This document shows positions 59,279-64,000 of a stretch of 64,000 bases of DNA, in pieces. The notes beneath the pieces were generated by a model. It was not told the DNA's origin. It saw only the letters and a list, made by a program, of their open reading frames with translations, and did no database searches. The stretch spans positions 1,412-65,411 of the forward strand of contig JAFNXN010000027.1 of assembly GCA_017379015.1 (NCBI GenBank), in the 5' to 3' direction. The stretch comes from Alistipes sp. (GTDB lineage Bacteria; Bacteroidota; Bacteroidia; Bacteroidales; Rikenellaceae). The position numbers and the translations under genes are program-made. Each line of letters opens with the position of its first letter. Positions within the stretch are counted from its first letter, which is position 1.

Positions 59279-60712
59279 TTATTGGTGCTCTGGGCGAAGC
59301 AGATCCTGAACAACCTTAACAGGTGAGAATGTCGAGATTGGCACCTCTACAAATATGGTGTTCCAGTTTGCCATTGCGCCATTCCAAAGACCAGGAAGCT
59401 CCTGAGCGCGAAGCTCACGACCTCCAGCAGACTTTGAAGAGATAAAGCCAGTCTTAGGATCAGTGTACTTCGTGAGGTCATACTTTGTGCCGTCGTAGCG
59501 CATCACGCCACATACTAGGTCTACTGGATTGAAGTGTGTAGCCTCCTTCATGAGGTGTATATCCTCTTTGGCAATCTGGCTCGACTCGGCGATCTGTAGC
59601 TGCTCACGACCCTCCTCGTCGCGAACCCAGAATGGGCCACCACCTGGCTCTCCCTCATTCTTAACCATGCCGCAAACACGGATTGGTCTGTCGAGAGTCT
59701 TGCGTATAAGCTCTGCTGAAGGGTTCTCGGGAAGCTTGCAGCACAACTCGTTACTTAGGAAGTCGATAGACTCTGAAAGTACATCTTCGCCTCTGTCAAG
59801 AGCGCGTAGCAACTCGAATGAGCGTTGCTGTAGACGTAGCAACTCGCCAGCCAATACTCGCTTATAGGTGATGGTGTCAGGCTTGCGCTCATCGGTAGTT
59901 ACGTTGTCAATGTTCTTTACAAAGATGATGTCGCCGTTTAGCTTGTCGAGGTTAGCGATTAGGGCACCGTGACCAGCTGGACGGAATAGCAACTTACCAT
60001 CATCCGTGCGGAATGGTGTGTTGTCTGGATTTACGGCGATAGTGTCAGTTGCAGGGCTCTGCTGTGAGAATGACACCTCGAACTTCACGCCAAACTTCTC
60101 CTCGTAGTATGGCTGACGCTCACGAAGTAGAGCCTCGAAGCCCTCCTGATGCTCTGGCGATACGGTGAAGTGGATTGATGCCTGCTCGCCATTTGATGCA
60201 TACATTGCAGCCTCAACTAGGTGTTCCTCAACAGGCTTACGCGCACCCTCTTTGTAGGCGTGGAATGTTACAAGTCCCTTAGGCTTAGAGCCATACTCTA
60301 GACCATTGATAATGATGTTGCGCACAACATCCTTGTCGTCGATCTGAGGCTGTAGATATTTGGCTAACTCGGCAAAGAAGGCGAACTTCTCAAGGTTTGT
60401 GATGAGCTTGTCGATGCCAGGAGTGCGCTTGTCGTCGTTCACATACTCGAACAACTCTTTGAACATACGTGTAGCAGCACCTGAAGCGGGTACGAACTTA
60501 ATCGTGCGTAGCTCCTTGCTCTTATTAACGTATAGCTCCTCGGCAACCTTAAGTTGCTCCTCGTCAAGACGCAATATGCCGTCGCCAACCGATGCGGCAC
60601 GCACTACTGGAAGTGCTGGAAATCCAGTGCGGAAGTTTTCGATCTGTCTTTCAACCTCAGCAGGACTCAATCCGCGAGCCTCAATCTGAGCAATGTCGTT
60701 AGATGTGAACAT
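59279..60712 (-). CDS. DUF4301 family protein
   Basis: KFVPASGAATRMFK, LFRPAGHGALI, GMVKNEGEPGGGPFW, THFNPVD and ELPGLWNGAM. Confidence 0.9.
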   Translation of the reverse strand: MFTSNDIAQIEARGLSPAEVERQIENFRTGFPALPVVRAASVGDGILRLDEEQLKVAEELYVNKSKELRTIKFVPASGAATRMFKELFEYVNDDKRTPGIDKLITNLEKFAFFAELAKYLQPQIDDKDVVRNIIINGLEYGSKPKGLVTFHAYKEGARKPVEEHLVEAAMYASNGEQASIHFTVSPEHQEGFEALLRERQPYYEEKFGVKFEVSFSQQSPATDTIAVNPDNTPFRTDDGKLLFRPAGHGALIANLDKLNGDIIFVKNIDNVTTDERKPDTITYKRVLAGELLRLQQRSFELLRALDRGEDVLSESIDFLSNELCCKLPENPSAELIRKTLDRPIRVCGMVKNEGEPGGGPFWVRDEEGREQLQIAESSQIAKEDIHLMKEATHFNPVDLVCGVMRYDGTKYDLTKYTDPKTGFISSKSAGGRELRAQELPGLWNGAMANWNTIFVEVPISTFSPVKVVQDLLRPEHQ

Positions 60713-60810
60713 AGTTTTATCTTTAAATTATTTGTGTTTTTTTCGATGTAAGCGAATGCTATTCTTTGTTTCAACTCTCAAAGTTAACAAAAATTTTGTA
60801 ACTTTGCACT

Positions 60811-61824
60811 ATGAAACGCATATATTCTAACATAAATATTGCTGATCGCAATAGCTTTGGTGTAAAGCAGCAGGCTGCAACTCTTGCTGAGTTTGAAACA
60901 GCAGACGACCTTCGCGACCTCTTCATGACGCTTAAGCCAACGGAGTGGTATGTCCTAGGAGCTGGTAACAATACTCTCTTTACGCAGGATTATCACGGAG
61001 TGTTGTTTACTCCTATTTGTGGTAATCGTACCATCATTGAGTCGACTGATGACCATATTATCGTTCGTGCCGAGGCGGCGCACGATTGGGATACGCTTGT
61101 TGGGTGGAGCGTGCAAGAGGGGTTGTGGGGTATTGAGAACCTCTCGGCAATACCTAGTTCGGTAGGTGCGGCACCTGTTCAAAATATTGGTGCCTATGGA
61201 GCTGAGGCTAAAGATGCAATCACTGTGGTTGAATACTTCGATACTCAGTCAATGGAGGTTGTGCGCCTATCGAACAAGGAGTGCCATTTTGCCTATCGTG
61301 AGAGCATCTTCAAACAGGAGTTGAAGGGGAGGGCTATTATACTTGCCGTTGAGTTTAAACTCTCGCGCCATGCTCAGCCAAACTTAGGCTATGGCGATGT
61401 TATCAGCGAGGTGGAGGCTCGTGGTGGAGCTACACTGCGTAATATACGTGAGGCGATATGCGCTATTCGCAGTCGTAAGTTGCCAGATCCAAAAGTTTTG
61501 GGTAATGCAGGCAGCTTCTTTAAGAACCCTATTGTTGATCGTACTGTTGCCGAAGCACTTCGCGTAAATCATCCCGATATGCCATGTTATGAGGTTGCGG
61601 GTGATCAGTCGCGTGTGAAGCTGGCTGCAGGATGGCTCATAGATCGTGCTGGCCTTAAGGGTTATCGTGATGGATGTGTAGGCGTTCATGAGCGTCAGGC
61701 TCTTGTGCTTGTAAACCATGGCGGTGCGACAGGTGGCGATGTGATGCGTTTGGCGCATTTTGTGTGTATGCGTGTTAAGGAGAACTTCGGAATTGATATT
61801 TCACCCGAGGTAAATGTATTGTAA
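60811..61824 (+). CDS. murB: UDP-N-acetylenolpyruvoylglucosamine reductase
   Basis: GIENLSAIP, APVQNIGAYG, YRESIFK, GNAGSFFKNP, QALVLVN and PEVN. Confidence 0.95.
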   Translation: MKRIYSNINIADRNSFGVKQQAATLAEFETADDLRDLFMTLKPTEWYVLGAGNNTLFTQDYHGVLFTPICGNRTIIESTDDHIIVRAEAAHDWDTLVGWSVQEGLWGIENLSAIPSSVGAAPVQNIGAYGAEAKDAITVVEYFDTQSMEVVRLSNKECHFAYRESIFKQELKGRAIILAVEFKLSRHAQPNLGYGDVISEVEARGGATLRNIREAICAIRSRKLPDPKVLGNAGSFFKNPIVDRTVAEALRVNHPDMPCYEVAGDQSRVKLAAGWLIDRAGLKGYRDGCVGVHERQALVLVNHGGATGGDVMRLAHFVCMRVKENFGIDISPEVNVL

Positions 61825-61829
61825 CGACA

Positions 61830-63185
61830 GTGAAAGAGGGATTGTATTTACTTGATGAGTTTGAAAAGTACGTTGCTGACAACGAGCTTTTTACACATGA
61901 GGATAAGGTGCTGCTTACGGTGTCGGGAGGCGTAGACTCAATGGTGCTTATGTCGCTCACTGCAGCTGCAGGCTATCGTTTTGGTGTTGCTCACTGTAAC
62001 TTCCAGCTACGCGGCAAGGAGAGTGAGGAGGATGAGATGCTTGTTGAGCGTGAGGCGCGTCGTCTAGGTGTTGAGTTTTTCAATAAGAGGTTTGACACCA
62101 CGGGCGAGATGGAGCGTACGGGTGAGTCGATGGAGATGGCTGCTCGCCGTCTGCGCTATGCTTGGTTTAAGGAGCTATGCGACGAGCATGGATATACCGT
62201 AATTGCTATTGCCCACCATATAAATGACTCGATTGAGACATTCTTTATAAATATGCTGCGAGGTACGGGACTTCGTGGTCTTACGGGTATTACAAACCAC
62301 GTGGGACGCATCGTCCGTCCTCTGATGTTTACTAATCGTAAGGATATACACGACTATGCCGTAGCACATCGCATCCCCTTCCGCGAAGATTCGTCAAACC
62401 GTTCGACAAAGTATCTTCGCAATAAGGTGCGCATCGGTCTAGTGCCTATGCTTCGCGAAATCACTCCTCAGTTTACGACGATTATGCGTCGTAATATCTC
62501 GCGATTGAGCCAGGCACAGGATTTCATTACATCATCCATGGAGATCATCAAGCGCGATGTGATTGATCATGCTGGCGATTTGCACACTATACGAGTTCGT
62601 AACATAAATGAGCGACTGCCTCGAAACTTTGTTATCTACGAGATATTAAGCTCGGAATATGGCTTCAAGGGAGATGTTGTTGATGCCCTCTGCCATTCGC
62701 TCGATAGTGATGCTACGGGACGTAGATTTTACTCGCGAGAGTGGGTGGCTGTTGTAGATCGTGGTGATATTGTCGTAGAGCCTATTGCACAAGATGATGA
62801 TTGTGAAGTTGTTGTCGAGCGAAATACCATTCGTTCCTATGCCGGAGGCTCGGTGCTATACTTCCAATATTGTGATGTTGACTTTATAGACTCTCTAGAT
62901 CAAGGTGAGCATGTTGCTATTATAGATGTTGATAAGCTCCAGTTCCCACTACGTCTGCGTCGTTGGCGCGAGGGTGATTGGTTCATACCATTTGGAATGA
63001 GTGGTCGAAAGAAGTTGAGCGACTATCTTATCGATAAGAAGATCTCGATGGCGCAGAAAAATAGACAGTTTGTGCTTCAGTCTGCAGATGATATCGTTTG
63101 GGTTGTAGGTCGTCGACTTGATGATAGATATGCCGTTACTAAGCGCACTGAGCGTGTATTGAGAATCATTCAGGAGACCTTGTAG
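61830..63185 (+). CDS. tilS: tRNA(Ile)-lysidine synthetase
   Basis: SGGVDS PP-loop, AARRLRY, AHHIND, RGTG, EDSSN and RNKVR. Confidence 0.95.
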   Translation: MKEGLYLLDEFEKYVADNELFTHEDKVLLTVSGGVDSMVLMSLTAAAGYRFGVAHCNFQLRGKESEEDEMLVEREARRLGVEFFNKRFDTTGEMERTGESMEMAARRLRYAWFKELCDEHGYTVIAIAHHINDSIETFFINMLRGTGLRGLTGITNHVGRIVRPLMFTNRKDIHDYAVAHRIPFREDSSNRSTKYLRNKVRIGLVPMLREITPQFTTIMRRNISRLSQAQDFITSSMEIIKRDVIDHAGDLHTIRVRNINERLPRNFVIYEILSSEYGFKGDVVDALCHSLDSDATGRRFYSREWVAVVDRGDIVVEPIAQDDDCEVVVERNTIRSYAGGSVLYFQYCDVDFIDSLDQGEHVAIIDVDKLQFPLRLRRWREGDWFIPFGMSGRKKLSDYLIDKKISMAQKNRQFVLQSADDIVWVVGRRLDDRYAVTKRTERVLRIIQETL

Positions 63186-63186
63186 T

Positions 63187-64000
63187 ATGGCAAAGAGTTT
63201 AAAATTCTCGGAGTGTGTTGCACAGTATAATACCTTGATGTCAGAGATCAAGGCACGCCACTTTCATCCGATATATCTGCTTACCGGCGACGAGGGCTTC
63301 TTTATTGACGCTTTGTGTGATGCACTTGCCTCGACAATCCTTAATGAGTCTGAGCGAGCATTTAATCAAATCGTTACCTATGGTCTGGATAGCGATGCGG
63401 GTGCTGTTGTGAATTTGTGTCGCCAGATGCCTATGATGGGATCGTATCAGGTGGTCATTGTTCGTGAGGCACAACAGATGGCTAAGCTCGATCAACTTTC
63501 ACACTATACCACCTCGCCTCAGAGTAGTACAATTCTTATTGTTTGCTATAAGAATAAGGAGCAGGGGCGTGGCATTGATAAACGAACATCGTTTTATAAG
63601 AGCTGTGCTAAGAGTGGAGTGGTGTTTGAATCTATACATCCGCGAGATTATGAGATTGATACATGGCTAAACTCTTACATCTCTTCACGCGGCATGACTG
63701 TGTCGGCAAAGGCACTTTCCATGCTTAAAGAGCATGTCGGCATGGATCTTTCGCGCATGGCTCGCGAGATAGATAAACTTGTGGTGTCGATGGCCGAAGG
63801 TGATAAACTTATCACGGATAGTCATATTGAGCAATATATTGGCATCTCAAAGGAGTTTAATACCTTTGAGCTTAATGATGCAGTGCTTAAGCAAGATATG
63901 GCACGAGCTATGCGCATAGCTGACCATTTTGCCCATAATCCTAAGAGCTATCCCATCACGCTAACAATAAATATTCTTTTTGGACTCTTTCAACAGCTAT
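63187..64000 (+). CDS. holA: DNA polymerase III subunit delta (partial, runs off the window)
   Basis: Translated by hand from ATG 63187: PIYLLTGDEGFFID...ERAFNQIVTYG...CRQMPMM...VVIVREAQ...IGISKEFNTFEL. Confidence 0.9.
   Translation, partial: MAKSLKFSECVAQYNTLMSEIKARHFHPIYLLTGDEGFFIDALCDALASTILNESERAFNQIVTYGLDSDAGAVVNLCRQMPMMGSYQVVIVREAQQMAKLDQLSHYTTSPQSSTILIVCYKNKEQGRGIDKRTSFYKSCAKSGVVFESIHPRDYEIDTWLNSYISSRGMTVSAKALSMLKEHVGMDLSRMAREIDKLVVSMAEGDKLITDSHIEQYIGISKEFNTFELNDAVLKQDMARAMRIADHFAHNPKSYPITLTINILFGLFQQL

Overview
This is a chromosomal segment of a Bacteroidota bacterium, most consistent with Alistipes/Rikenellaceae: TAnnTTTG promoters, AT-rich initiation regions without Shine-Dalgarno, and nusB-DUF1573-yajC, DUF4301 and murB-tilS-holA gene order. 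Its main theme is nucleotide supply. (1) A five-gene candidate extracellular nucleic-acid utilisation operon (3143-12905) encodes a BACON/OB-fold surface lipoprotein, a DRGH endonuclease, an EEP nuclease, a TonB-dependent transporter and a DUF5689-like lipoprotein. (2) Back-to-back de novo pyrimidine (pyrC-carA-carB-pyrK-pyrD-pyrF-pyrE-pyrB) and purine (purE-L-C-F-M-N-H-D-folD-purB) operons encode Bacillota-like enzyme types. Each is preceded by a leader ORF ending next to a terminator. (3) A second TonB transporter plus lipoprotein (51120-56521) carries two copies of a module shared with locus 1. Other notable points are a CarA with all three glutaminase triad residues replaced, a PyrB fused to only the PyrI zinc domain, an OMP promoter enclosed by perfect 18-bp inverted repeats, a WYL regulator with repeated TGACA-N5-TGTCA boxes next to a small Cys-rich gene, a large structured leader before a BspA-type LRR lipoprotein, and a 120-bp MITE/REP-like family. 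I saw no CRISPR array, tRNA/rRNA, transposase, integrase or phage genes. Family names were assigned by eye from motifs, not by database search.
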